Shown piece after piece: positions 37,767 to 53,392 of a DNA stretch of 64,000 nucleotides (within the stretch, counting starts at the first letter, position 1; every line of letters starts with the position of its first letter). The DNA is from Minutocellus sp. GHC0000111 (Eukaryota): NCBI GenBank assembly GCA_977018835.1, contig OZ361256.1:1-64000 (forward strand), in the 5' to 3' direction. Position numbers and translations under genes: made by a program. The notes below the pieces were generated by a model, which was not told the origin of the DNA, searched no databases, and worked only from the letters and a program-made list of their open reading frames with translations.

Positions 37767-39536
37767 ATGGGAGGTTCGGGTGAGTATGTCTGAAGCTGGT
37801 TGTGCAATAGCGGCGAATACTGATATGATAGCTTGGGTTTTGATTTGCCGCATGAGATATTCTCTTGGCACGAGGGCGTTCCGTGCCAACACCCAACCGC
37901 ATCAATATCGATCTCATCCCCATTGCCTTGTCACACATTATTATGCACTCTTGAACTGCAGAAAAGAAATCAAAAAAGAAGCGCAAGGCCTCGGACGGCG
38001 AGGCAGTTGCTGTGAGCGAGGATGCGCCGGCGAATACCTCCGTTGGGCATATGATCAAGCCCTCCTCATCGACGCCGAAGATTGACACCTCGAAATGGCC
38101 TCTGCTCCTTCGGAATTATGATCAGCTTCACGTCCGTACCTCTCATTATACCCCCATCCCCGCCGGATCGTCTCCCTTGGCCCGACCTCTCAAGACGCAT
38201 CTCTCTTATGGTGTGATCAATCTGGACAAGCCCGCCAACCCCTCGAGTCATGAGGTCGTGTCCTGGATCAAGCGCATCCTGCGCGTCGAGAAGACCGGAC
38301 ATTCCGGAACGCTCGATCCCAAGGTTACCGGCTGCCTTATCGTTTGCATCGACCGGGCCACCCGCCTCGTCGAGGCGCAGCAGTCGGCTGGCAAGGAGTA
38401 CATCGGCGTCGTCCGTCTTCACTCGGCCATTGAGGACACGCGCAAGCTGAACCGCGCCGTCGAAACTCTGACCGGCGCCCTCTTCCAGCGTCCTCCCCTC
38501 ATCTCGGCTGTGAAGCGTCAGCTTCGTATCCGTACCATTTACGAATCCAAGCTTATTGAGTACGACGAGAAGCGCAACTTGGGCATCTTCTGGGTCTCGT
38601 GCGAGGCTGGAACGTACATCCGAACCATGTGCGTCCACCTTGGTCTGCTCGTTTGTACCGGCGGACACATGCAGGAGCTGCGCCGTGTCCGTTCCGGTGT
38701 CCTGTCCGAGGCGGACAATATGGTTACCATGCACGACGTCCTTGATGCTCAGCACGTCTATGACAGCACCAAGGACGAGGCCTACCTTCGCAGAGTTGTC
38801 ATGCCCCTCGAGACCCTTCTTACGAACTACAAGCGAGTGGTCGTCAAGGATTCCGCTGTTAACGCCATCTGCTACGGTGCCAAGCTCATGATCCCCGGTC
38901 TGCTTCGGTTCGCAGACAACATTGACATCAATGACGAGGTAGTCTTGATGACGACCAAGGGTGAGGCCATCGCTGTTGCCATTGCTCAAATGACCACGGC
39001 TGTCATGGCCACTTGCGATCATGGCTGTGTCGCCAAGATCAAGCGAGTTATTATGGAGCGTGACACATACCCTCGACGATGGGGTCTGGGACCAATGGCT
39101 CAGAGGAAGAAGTCGCTCATTAAGGAAGGAAAGCTTGATAAACATGGAAAGCCGAACGACAACACACCTGCTGATTGGCGAGAGGGTTACAAGGATGTTA
39201 GCGGTGCCTCGGTTGTTGCCCCCCTTGGTGGTTCCTCAGCTCCATCAACGCCCGCCAAGAAGGAAGACGATGCGAAGATGGAGGTTGACACTCCCAACGG
39301 TGGTGGCTCCGATTCCGATGAAAAGCCGTCGGCAAAGAAGGAAAAGAAAAAGAAGGTGAGTGCATAACTAGACCTGGCCGCATGTGTGTGGTGAATGCTT
39401 TTGATATCGTGATGTATGTGAGTCTGTCGAATACCTGTATCTAACTTCCTCCTCTTCTTCTCTACACTATCAAATCAAACATTCTTCTCAGGACAAGAAG
39501 GAGAAAAAGAAAAAGAAGAAGAAGTCCAAGGAGTAA
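37767..39536 (+). CDS. CBF5: H/ACA pseudouridine synthase CBF5/dyskerin, 3 exons
   Basis: [41 protein letters not shown] domain, Lys-rich tail. Introns 37780-37961 and 39356-39491 keep frame. Confidence 0.96.
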
Positions 39537-40170
39537 TCTGATAATTGAGCACTCTAAATTTATTGTCGACGCATTTTCACTTTTGCAACCAGTGGGAACC
39601 AACTGTTCGAAAGGGAACGGTTCCTCCAGAGATATCCGAAATGACGAAAATTTAACTTATGGAACGTCTGACAAAGTGATGATTGATTGGGCGATGTTAG
39701 CCCTTGTAATAGCCTGCATAACATAATAATGAGCAAATAATGCCACCTTTAGCATACCGGTAAATTGGGAATGGGCTTGTCAACAACAATTAGATCTACG
39801 GTAGACGTCTCACGGTAATACTCTGGCAGCCGTCCATCTTTCAATAGGATATGAGCTGGCGTCTTTCCGTCGACCGTTTTGCCGCCCAGCCACCTCTCGA
39901 TCTCTTTCTCCTCAGTGCGTCAGTTGTCAGCGTATCCAACCATCAGCCGGTGAGCTGCAAGAAGCTACTAGTAAGCATAAAGGCAGCAAAGCCTATTGGC
40001 GAATCAGATTTCGGTAAAATGCTCTCGAGGAGGCGCTGCCGGGAATCGGGTGTTGACGGTGGCGACGATTTGACTTCGAGCCCATCGACGCCAGTGATGC
40101 CGGCCAGCTCGATGGCAGGTGACGACCTCCGTCGTCGTCCTGCATCGGCAACGGCAATCTACCCGAATCA

Positions 40171-41665
40171 AATGGCTTCCGGAAACCATTCCGCCGCCAT
40201 TTACAGTATAAATGCTGCCATGTTGGCGTGTATCTTTTTCTGCCTCGCTCCGGAAACTACTGAAGCCTACACATTTCATCGAAACCAGCCTCGTCAACAG
40301 GGAGCTACCGCAGCCTCCGCCACCACCGGGGTTCCTAGATCATCCGTGGCAGTCAAGCCAGCTGGTGGATTGGATATGCGTCGTCAATTACCTCTAAAAA
40401 GCTTGCCCAGCACTGCATTCTTATCAGCGAACGCTCGCCGCGCCGCTTTGGGCCGGCTTTTCGCAGCTGGCGATGAGTACGAAGAGTATGACGAGGAAGT
40501 TTCGGACGAGTATGTAGAGGATGAGTACGTTCCTCTTGAGGAGGACCCTGATGATCCCAACTATACTGCACAAAGGGAGTTGCTCGAGAAAAGTCTTCCT
40601 CGACTTCAGGCGATTTCGGCCATGAAGAAGATGGTTCGTGACCAGGTCGAGGAGGAGGGCGTTACCGATGCCTGGGATAAGACCCTCGACGAGTTTTTCG
40701 AGGAGAACCTCACAAAGGAAGAACTCGCAGAAATCGAAAAGAAGGCCAAGGCCTTTGAAGTAACTGAAGATGAAATCGAGGAGCTCACTGATGAAGACAT
40801 CGAGGAGGCAACTGCTGAGTTCAAAGCCCTTGGGGGAGAAGATGCCTTCCCTGAGGACGGCCCCTCTCTCGAGGCTGCCGCTGCCACCAACGAGATGCTC
40901 GTTAGTATCGATGAAGCCGCCAAAGGATACTATGCAATGAAGGAGGCCATGGCAGATGGCACGTATGAGGGCTTCTCCAACTTCGACAAACTTGATGAGG
41001 ATGAGGAGCTGTCCAAGCTCAATGCGACCGACCCAGCACAGTACGCCGAGCTGCTTTACACCATCAAGGAGATGGAAGATGACGATCGTCCCATGTACAA
41101 ACCCGAGAAGATGCTCCTCTACGATCTGCAATTCAACATGACTAACATATTCCTTGCCGCTTGTAAGCACAACCCGGAGGCCCCTATCGTCCTCCCCCAG
41201 TGGTTGTATCAGATGGAGGTATACGAGAGGTATGCCGCCGACCAAGAGCGCAACTTTGAGTTCACCTGGGAGGAGACTGAAAGCGTTGACACGACAGAGC
41301 TCGAGAAGTACTGGCAGGGCTTGGGTTACGACGAAATTCCAACCAAGAATCCGAGCCAAACCAACATTATCGAGCTTGGAACTCCTGACGATGATGAGAT
41401 TCAAATGTCTCATATGCAGGAGTGGATGAAGGAGGTGTACGATCCTGAGTTCGACGAAGTTTTCTTCGACGATGACGACTTCATGCCCTATGATTCCGTC
41501 TACTCGGAGGAGTTCTATCGAAAAGAGACACCGAAGGAAATCCTCGAATGGGACGAGATGATGTCAGACATCAACAAATCTCTCGAAGATGGAGATGCCA
41601 CCGAGGAACAGAAGGAGGAGAATCTCAAGTTCGTTGATCAGCTCACCTTTGAAACGTCTAGCTAG
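40171..41665 (+). CDS. Highly acidic, probably plastid-targeted protein of unknown function (start uncertain; possibly 3'-truncated)
   Basis: Signal-like MLACIFFCLAPETTEA-YTF, then an Arg/Ser-rich transit-like region and an E/D-rich mature part. Strong codon bias. Confidence 0.65.
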
Positions 41666-41932
41666 GAATTCCTATCTATTTGTTGAACATACCGGTACTG
41701 GTTGATTAACTTGAGGGCCAAATGATTTCCAAGCCTCGTGAGAGGCTCGCGGGACGGACAGACTAAGTACCGGTAGTCAGGCCTACTAGTACGCCTACTC
41801 TTAGGTCGGTCGGATACCGGTAGGGGAGTTCACTACGTAGCAAATCTTTGCACCTAGCTAGAGGCTTATTGATACAAGGACTGTGTATATAGTTAGCGTT
41901 TTTGTTTATTTATTATGTTTGGCATTACATAT

Positions 41933-45170
<3,238 letters not shown>

Positions 45171-45685
45171 TGTGCAAGAGTTTGTGAGTGATCCGGAAGT
45201 AGGCAAGAAAGATGCGCCGATATCCAACTGATACTTTCGGTGGAGCTTCTTTGGTTCCAAAACGCCGCTACAACTACAAACTAAATGAGCGATATGGCTG
45301 ATGGGCCGACCTTCACGTGGAGATGGACGGTCGCTCAGGTTCAACCTGAGGTCTTCAAAGAAACGGGACCAGCTTCGTGCGTACGTGAAAACACCGAATT
45401 GTTGATAGAGGAACCTCCATCGTCCCAGTACGCCAAAGTAGACCCACTCGACTGAACGGCGAAGTCGGCGAAGTTGGATGGGCTGGCATCATCTGAATTG
45501 GCGCGCAAAATTCTCGCGTGCCAACTTGTTCTGCCTGGCTGGCTTGAGGCGCATTGAAGCAATCTATCGGAAGAGAAAGCAGCAAAGCAAAGGAACAAGT
45601 ACCCCGAGGCCAAGTTTGGATGCGCTCTTGACGTTGTCCTTTGCTTTACGATCTATTCTCATCGGCAACTTACTTTGAACACATC

Positions 45686-47497
45686 ATGGGAAATTCGAGC
45701 AGTGCTTCCGGATCGGTGTCTTCTCGGCAGTCGTCCGATGGCGCCAACGATGCCTCGGCGTTGGCAGAAGCTTCACCTCAAGTGACGACGGATACTCAAC
45801 GCGATGAGGCGAAAATTGCCACCGATGTGACTGTATTCGGTGCCACGGGATTCGTTGCTCGACATGTGTGCAACTACCTCGTCGCTTCGGCGGCCGCAGC
45901 AGCAGCATCTCCCTCTGACGCTTCTGGTTCGGCTTCCACGTCAAGGTCATCCTCTCTCGACAAGAAGAAGGGATCGGCCCGTCTCGACGAAGACGACACC
46001 GATTACGACGCGATCAAGGCCGAAACTACTCCCGATCGACCTGCGACGGCCACTACCGCTGTCACAGTGACCAAACCTCTCCGACTGACAATTGCAGGAC
46101 GGAATGAGGCGAAGCTCAAGACCGTCCTGGAAAATCTCCAATCACTCAAGGAGTACTCAGCCAGTGCCATTGAGATTGATATATTCGTCGCCGATGCCGA
46201 TGACATCGATGCCTTGACGACCATGGCATCGCGTACCAGGGTCGTTCTCAACACGGCGGGTCCATTCTCCAAGTTTGGCAGCAACGTCGTCTCAGCGTGC
46301 GCCACGACCGGAGCCGACTACGTCGACATTACCGGCGAGACGCACTGGGCTGGAGAGATGAGGTCCAAGTTCGGTCCCGTGGCTGCCAAGTCGGGCGCCC
46401 GCATCATCAGTTTCTGTGGCTTCGATTCCATCCCCTCCGATCTGGCCGTCTACGCTGCCGTCAGATCTCTTCGTGAGGTCAAGGCCAAGAACGAGGAGGA
46501 TGCCCCCACCCCTCAGATTGTCCAAGCCAAATGCTGGCACTCGTGCTTCGGTGGTGCCAACGGCGGCACAGTCGAAACAGCTGTGAATACGATACCCGTC
46601 AATCTTCAGCACATGTTGTTCGATGAGAGTAGTGGTGAGCTCCGCCCGATTCCATTCTTCATGAACGACCCGTTCGAACTGATATTGCCATCGAAGAAGG
46701 CAGACCCAAGCCTCAATGCTTGGAGACATTCTGCTGCTCTTGCCGAGTGGAAGAATCAGTCCCTCACCCTTGATTCTGAATTGAGTGGCTTTGGCTGCAC
46801 CGTATCAGCTCCCTTCTTCATGGCCGTGTGCAATGCCAAAATTGTGCACGCCTCTGCCTTGGCTCTCAAGTATTACACACCGAGTGAAGCCAACGGCAAG
46901 AAAGAGGAGTCCTTTACGTACTGGGAGCGATTTCTTCCCGCTGGTCTCGACCTTACTTGCTATCTCAACATATTTTCGATCATCCCTGCTCTTTCCTATA
47001 GTTTTGCCCTCGCTGCTATGACTGTTACCCTCAAGATGCCCATCGTTGGACAGAAACTCCTAGATTACGTTCTTCCACCGGGTGCTGGAACACCAGATTG
47101 GATTAACGAAATGGGATATTCTGATGTTTATTGTGAGGTTTTGTCTGTGCCAAATGACGACAGCAAATCCAAAGGTGTTGTCGACCGTGGCACGTGTCGC
47201 CTCGTATTCGAGGGAGACCCAGGTAATCTATGTACCGCCCAGTGTGTTTCCGAGGCTGCTCTCACCCTCGTCCATGGCCGAGATGATTTGCCTCCCAACT
47301 CGGAGGATGGATTTGGCACACCTGCCCAACTCTTGGGTGATGCCTTACTGTCCCGACTTCTCAAAAGCCGCGTGAGGAAGGTGACCATGGAAACCAAGGT
47401 GATTGAAAATGATCGAAGGCTCAAGTGGAAACGCATATCGGTGGCAGTCGCAATGGTAGGTGCCGTTGGATTGGCAATCAGTCGATTCTGGGGATAA
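45686..47497 (+). CDS. Saccharopine dehydrogenase-like oxidoreductase (SCCPDH-like)
   Basis: VFGATGFVA, IAGRNEAKL, NTAGPFSKFG, DYVDITGE, CGFDSIPSDL, GFGTPA. MGNSSS is a possible myristoylation start; the C-terminal tail is hydrophobic. Confidence 0.85.
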   Translation: MGNSSSASGSVSSRQSSDGANDASALAEASPQVTTDTQRDEAKIATDVTVFGATGFVARHVCNYLVASAAAAAASPSDASGSASTSRSSSLDKKKGSARLDEDDTDYDAIKAETTPDRPATATTAVTVTKPLRLTIAGRNEAKLKTVLENLQSLKEYSASAIEIDIFVADADDIDALTTMASRTRVVLNTAGPFSKFGSNVVSACATTGADYVDITGETHWAGEMRSKFGPVAAKSGARIISFCGFDSIPSDLAVYAAVRSLREVKAKNEEDAPTPQIVQAKCWHSCFGGANGGTVETAVNTIPVNLQHMLFDESSGELRPIPFFMNDPFELILPSKKADPSLNAWRHSAALAEWKNQSLTLDSELSGFGCTVSAPFFMAVCNAKIVHASALALKYYTPSEANGKKEESFTYWERFLPAGLDLTCYLNIFSIIPALSYSFALAAMTVTLKMPIVGQKLLDYVLPPGAGTPDWINEMGYSDVYCEVLSVPNDDSKSKGVVDRGTCRLVFEGDPGNLCTAQCVSEAALTLVHGRDDLPPNSEDGFGTPAQLLGDALLSRLLKSRVRKVTMETKVIENDRRLKWKRISVAVAMVGAVGLAISRFWG

Positions 47498-47975
47498 GTA
47501 CTACGTAGCTAGTCTCGAAGGAGCCAGGCAAATGGTATCAGCAGCGCAGCAAAAACGGCAACCAATCACAATGAATATAACGTCTACTACACAATACAAC
47601 CTACCGAGCAGAAAAAGAATCATATCATTGCAATACACGAACAGATGAATTGATTTCATGCATACATAAAACATCATACGTGCTTCGCAGAAAAATGGCT
47701 CGACATGCAGTTCAGCCCTTACTAAGAATTAGGCTATATAATAAAACTAATAGCACAAAACATTGCAACATCAAGCAACGAGCAAAAAAGGGCAACAGCA
47801 CGTGCGCATCATTTCCTTTTGTTAAGTTCTTTCTTTGAATACGTTCTTTTGATTGCTTTCGAGGTGATAGATGGTTCTATTGAAAGAGATATTCCCAGGT
47901 AATTCCCAATGACACAGACACTTCTTTCTTTCTACTTCACTAGGAACCCTAGCTCTAATAATTTTTGGCTCGCTT

Positions 47976-50026
47976 CTACCAAGCTCCTCCTCCACCCCAC
48001 TGGCCTCCTCCGCCGCCGCCGCCGCCTCCGTATCCTCCGCCGCCACCTGTTGAGAGAGAGTGGGAATGTGCGAAATATATAAATTTATGTTGATGAATGT
48101 GAGCAATGGCGTTCACAAAAAGAAATAGGGTTCAAAATTTCTTGAAAGATGCGTGCAAGGCAGAGGCGATTTGAAAGCAGAAAACTTACCGTATCCTCCG
48201 CCGCCACCATATCCCCCGCCACCATATCCGCCGCCACCATATCCCCCACCGCCGCCATATCCGCCACCGCCGCCTCGCGAACCGCCGCCGCCTCCGCCGC
48301 CTTCACGACGGTAATCGCGACCACCGAAGGAGCTGCCGCCTCCACGGCGACCGCCGCCACGGCCTCGGCCTCCGCCGCCTCCGCCAAATCCAGACATCTG
48401 GCTGAGCCACTTGGGGCACTCCTGGTCGTTCTCCTCGAGCAACTCGCGAAGTTCACGGGTGATGTTGCCGTTCTTCTCGTTGACGAAGGCAAGGGCGGCA
48501 CCAGTGTTACCAGCACGACCGGTACGGCCAATCCTGTGGACGTAGTCGTCAATGTTGCTAGGAAGGTCGTAGTTGACAACCTGCGTGACGTTGGGGATGT
48601 CCAAACCACGACTAGCAACATCGGTGGCACACATGACGGGAGTGTGGCCGCGCTTGAAGCTGCGGAGGGCATCCTCGCGCTCCCTCTGGGACTTGTCGCC
48701 GTGAATTGAGCAGGCGGGGAAGCCCTTGGAGCACAGAACATCCTCGAGGTAGTCGCAAGAGCGCTTGGTCTCGACGAAGATGAGGATGAGTCCCTCCTCA
48801 ATGGTGAGGAGGAAACGCATCAGCGTCTCGAGCTTGTCACGGTCCTCGACGTACTCAACGGTCTGGGTAACGTCCTTGCTGGCCGAACCGACACGGCCGA
48901 CGGTGAGGAAGATGTACTCACGCATGAAGTCACCGGCGAGACGCTGGATGTTGGCGGGGAAGGTCGCCGAGAACATCATCGTCTGACGATCGTCGCCAAA
49001 GGGCATGCCCTCCTGCTCGACGATGCGACGGATCTGAGGCTCGAAGCCCATGTCCAACATGCGATCAGCCTCATCGAGGACGAGGAACTTGATGGCCTCC
49101 ATGGAAACGCGACCACGCTCGATGAGATCGACGAGACGGCCGGGAGTAGCGATGAGCATGTCGCAACCGCGCTCGATCTGGCGGAGCTGATCCCTGATGT
49201 CGGCACCACCGTAGACGACGACGGCAGCAATGCCGGTGGCGTAGGTGAAGCGCTTGGCCTCTTCGTGGATCTGGCTCGTAAGCTCACGGGTTGGGGAGAG
49301 GACGAGGGTGTCGGGGTAGGAACGACGGCCACGGGCGTTCTCGGGAGGAGGAGAGCCGCCACGACGAAGCATCGAGAGGATGATGGGGAAGAGGAAGCCG
49401 GCGGTCTTACCGGAACCAGTCTGGGCACAGGCCATGAGGTCCTTGTCGGCAAGGCCAATGGGAATGGAATACTTCTGGACAGGCGTGGGCTTGGTGTAGC
49501 CGCAGAGCTGAGTGTTCCTCATGAGGTCCTCGCCGATGGTATCGATGGTGTACTCCTCGATGGGCTCGGGGCATTCACCTCCCGACGTCTCAACGGGAAT
49601 GTTGTCGTACCTGTCGAAGTTGATGCCAGTGGTCTGCTCATGCTCACGGTTGAAGAGCTGGCGCTCGACGCGGGGGTCGAGGCGCATGTCGCCATGGAAG
49701 CCCCTCTCATTGACGCGAGCTTGGCTGCGGCCACCGTAGTTTCCGCCGTATCCGCCACGGCTTCCACCGTAACCGCCGCCGCCGCCACCACCACCGCCAT
49801 CTACGTCGACGTTGTTCCAGCGAGAGTTGGAGGGCTGAGGGGGGCCTCGGTCGCCCCCGCCCCCGCGGTAGCTGCCACGGTCTCCGCCGCCGCCATACGA
49901 GCCACCGCGAGAGCCGCCGCCGTAACCGGCCCGTCCTCCTCCGCCGCCACCGCCAGAAGAGCTAGATCCGCCTCCACCCTGAGCATTTCTCAGGTGCGGC
50001 GGTACGTACTTTGATCCATTTTGCAT
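47976..50026 (-). CDS. DDX3: DEAD-box RNA helicase DDX3/DED1
   Basis: [54 protein letters not shown]-rich termini. Intron 48189-48047; the last exon ends GAW*. Confidence 0.96.
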
Positions 50027-51619
50027 AACAAACGTTCAAAATAAAACCCTATCGAAATGATCGCGGATGGAAGAGACGAGGAGCAGTCGAAAAAGACACA
50101 ACAGAGACATGTGTTAGTTTTGTGCAGTGCATACAAATAGGGCATTGGCCGAAGAAGAGACGCCAACCAGACTCAAATTATCAACCTGACGGAAGCAACT
50201 ATATTCAGTGTGTGCGAGCTGGTTGCAACATTGCGCTCAATCTTGTTCGAGGAGGCAAATGTCCGAGAGCCGCCGGGCCTACACGACCAGAACCATTGAA
50301 ATGAGAGGCAAATGAAGAGCGACACAAAAGATGTGCTCATTGCCACTCTGCTCCAATCGACGCCTGCAATAGAGGGTCACTCGTATGACAAAGCATCGTC
50401 TCAAAATGGATGCAGCAATTGCAGTGACGGCGACCCCGAGACCCCCATGGTTTCACTCACCTTCTCAGGAAAGAGTACGAGGCGGAGGCGGAGGTCGTGC
50501 GCCGCACCCGCGTTGGGTTATGAGTCATACCTAACACGTGTAGATGAAAAGACGAACTTTTTGAGAGTGACCTTGCATGCTTGCTCTCGAAGTGCAGGAA
50601 CCTGCGCGCGCGCGCCTGCTGTGTTGTTGTTTCTTTCCGTTTCTGACTGACGGCCATTCCATCGCATACATGTAGATCTACATGTCGGATACCGTGCTAC
50701 ATGACATACGTTAGCGTTTTATTTTTGTGTTTACATGTAGCTGCATGTAGTTCCATTCCTTTACCCGCATGTAGGTGTTTTGTGTTCTTCTTCACACACC
50801 ATCACAACATCACCACCATTTTGATTGTGCAGATTTTGAGGAATCTGCCCCCACACCTCACACACAGATACCATCATCTACTAAGTAGATCTAGGCCCTA
50901 CCAACAACACATACGATAACAAGGCCGCACGGGTCGATGGGAAAGCAAAAGCGTCACTGGTTGGAAAAAGAACAGAGATGAGAAGCAATGCGACGGCAAA
51001 GGTGGTTGGGGTGAATTTCGCCCGTCGGCGAGGCATTTTGCTTTGCATGTCTACGTAGCTTGCTGCGGCAAGGGGATGGCTGCTACAATTCCGATTGATG
51101 CTGCTGCTGCATCACTTGACTTGGAGTATTTGCGCTTACGCTTGCGATCGCGAAGCCCTTCAGCTAGTAAGTCGTGACTCGTACGATACGTACACCTTTA
51201 TTCAGGCGCTTTTTACGCTCATCATGCATTGGTATGTTTCTACGTTGACACCTCTGGCTGAGTCAAAAAGCACGTGGCCAAATCTTCCAAAGAAGCCGAC
51301 GAGAGATGGGGTCCAGGTGGAGCGACGATGATCTGGCAGACCATCACAAATGAAGATACGTGGCGAACTCTTGACGCCTCTGACTGAGCTGTTTCATGCT
51401 GTGGATCTCTTGCTTGATTGCAACATTCTGCACCGCTCTCGACCACAGTACAACATCATGATATCCCACGAAATAATTCCAACAAATCATCGTCGATCAC
51501 ATCCAACCAATCTACTTCTAGCAGTACTGTCTCATTCTTTCTCAAGCTCACATCCGGATTAGCTTTCTTTTCATTAGATTCGTCCTGAATAATCTTCCGC
51601 CGATAAAAATACCAACACG

Positions 51620-53191
51620 ATGCTGTCCGTAAGTGCCGTCGATTCGGAGCATGTGCCACTTCTCGGTAAAATGAACTCCATCGAAACCAATGCGACACTA
51701 GCATTGGCATTCTTCACTATGATCTACTACGCAGTTTCTGTCGTCATTGATTCCGACTACTTCGATCCCTGGCGTCGTATGGATCGCATTCGTCGTCACC
51801 GGTGCCGCCGCTATCGCCGCCGTCGTCGCGGCCGCCGTCGTTCCGACATCTCTTCCTGCTGTGTCACTTCCGGAAGCTCGTCTTGTCTCCCTGCGCCACT
51901 GCCGACGCCACTACACCAACGACAAGAATCGACACTGAGAGATCTCGTTCGTATCCAGGCCTGGGACAGCGTCATTCGACGCTGCTCTACTCGAGAGGGG
52001 CGGCGAGAAGCCAAACGTCGAGATGCCGATGGCCTATATCTCTTGCATTGGGCTTGCAGTGGTGGGCCCACTGCCGATGCCATTCGATCTCTCATCAAGG
52101 CTTATCCCAAGGCGGCTAAGAAGCGCGACTTCGAGGGTTCCACTCCGCTACATTTCGCCTGCCATTATGGCATACGCTCCATCGAGGTGTTACAACTTCT
52201 CATCGACGCATGTCCCGCCGCTGTACATCGGAGAGAAGCCCGTTATGGCATGCCGTCGAAAAGAGGGCGAGCGTCTATGTTTTGAGCCTTCTGCTGCAGG
52301 CCGATCCTTCGACTGCTCTGTTACCACTTGTTCCGGCATCGGTAAGAAGAAAGCGGAGCACTGCCAACAATCAAGAAGTGACCACTAGGGAATTGACGTA
52401 TCGATCCATGAGACAAACTACCGGTGCGAACACCAAGAAGGCTCCCAAATCCGGCAATGAACAAGAAGAACAAGCACAAAGCCGATCGAAACGAAAAATT
52501 TCATCCTCTTCTACTCCCACTACACCTTTGGGATTGGTTTGGAAGCAGGCCACGTACATGAATGCTCACAAAAGAGGACGGGGTAAGAACACAGCAGGGT
52601 GGAATAAAGCTGTACTTTTGCTCAAGGCGGCATATCACCATATCTCATTGGAGAAAGACAAGACATCGTGCTACAAGTATGGGCATCGATTTTTCCATCA
52701 ACAACATCCTCCATGCTGCATTGGCACTCAATGCTCATATTCCAACAGGCATTGTTCCTTTCATCTTACAAAAGAGTCCTGAACAAGCATTTGGACGAGA
52801 TCAATTCGGCCATCTTCCTTTGTCAATAGCCTTGTCCGTTCATTTCCAAAGTCCCTCGTCCCGACGAGATGCAATAGTCAAGCTACTTGATGTCAATCCA
52901 AAAGCTGCGAGCACGCCCTCCGCTGATGGCACGCAGCCCCTCACTATTGCTCTCGAAAATGGAATTCTTTGGAACGAAGGTGTCGAGGACCTCATCAGGG
53001 CTAATCCAAAAGTTTTGCATACTATGGATAAGACCAGGAGCAAATTATACCCCTTTATGATAGCGGCATATGCACCACTTCCTACCGTGACGAGCCCGAC
53101 CTCTGAATCCGAAGACGAGACAAAGAGAGTCGAGACCATCTATAAACTTCTTCGCAGTGCTCCCGACCTCGTAGCAACAAAGAATGCTTAG
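51620..53191 (+). CDS. Ankyrin-repeat protein with N-terminal hydrophobic helix (frameshifts ~52250, ~52665)
   Basis: DGLYLLHWAC, EGSTPLHFAC, SPLWHA, GHLPLSIAL, KLYPFMIAA...VETIYKLLRSAPDLV spread over three overlapping frames. Confidence 0.75.
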
Positions 53192-53392
53192 ATATGACAG
53201 GCAGGAGCTCTGGAAATAATGTACATGTATTATATATATAAAAATAAATAATAACTTTCTCTTATCGTTACCTAAAGCTGTGTACCTCTGCACATGTTGT
53301 ACATGTTTGCTCCGACACACCATACATATAAATTAAATGATTGAAATGAAACTGAAAATTTTCCCCGATAAAATTGAATAGCTTGGACATCT

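Noticed and set aside
38066..39145. Long antisense ORFs opposite CBF5 (also 40424-41413, 42432-44004, 49265-50014, 13348-14509)
   Set aside because: Shadows of strongly codon-biased sense genes; no domain motifs of their own.
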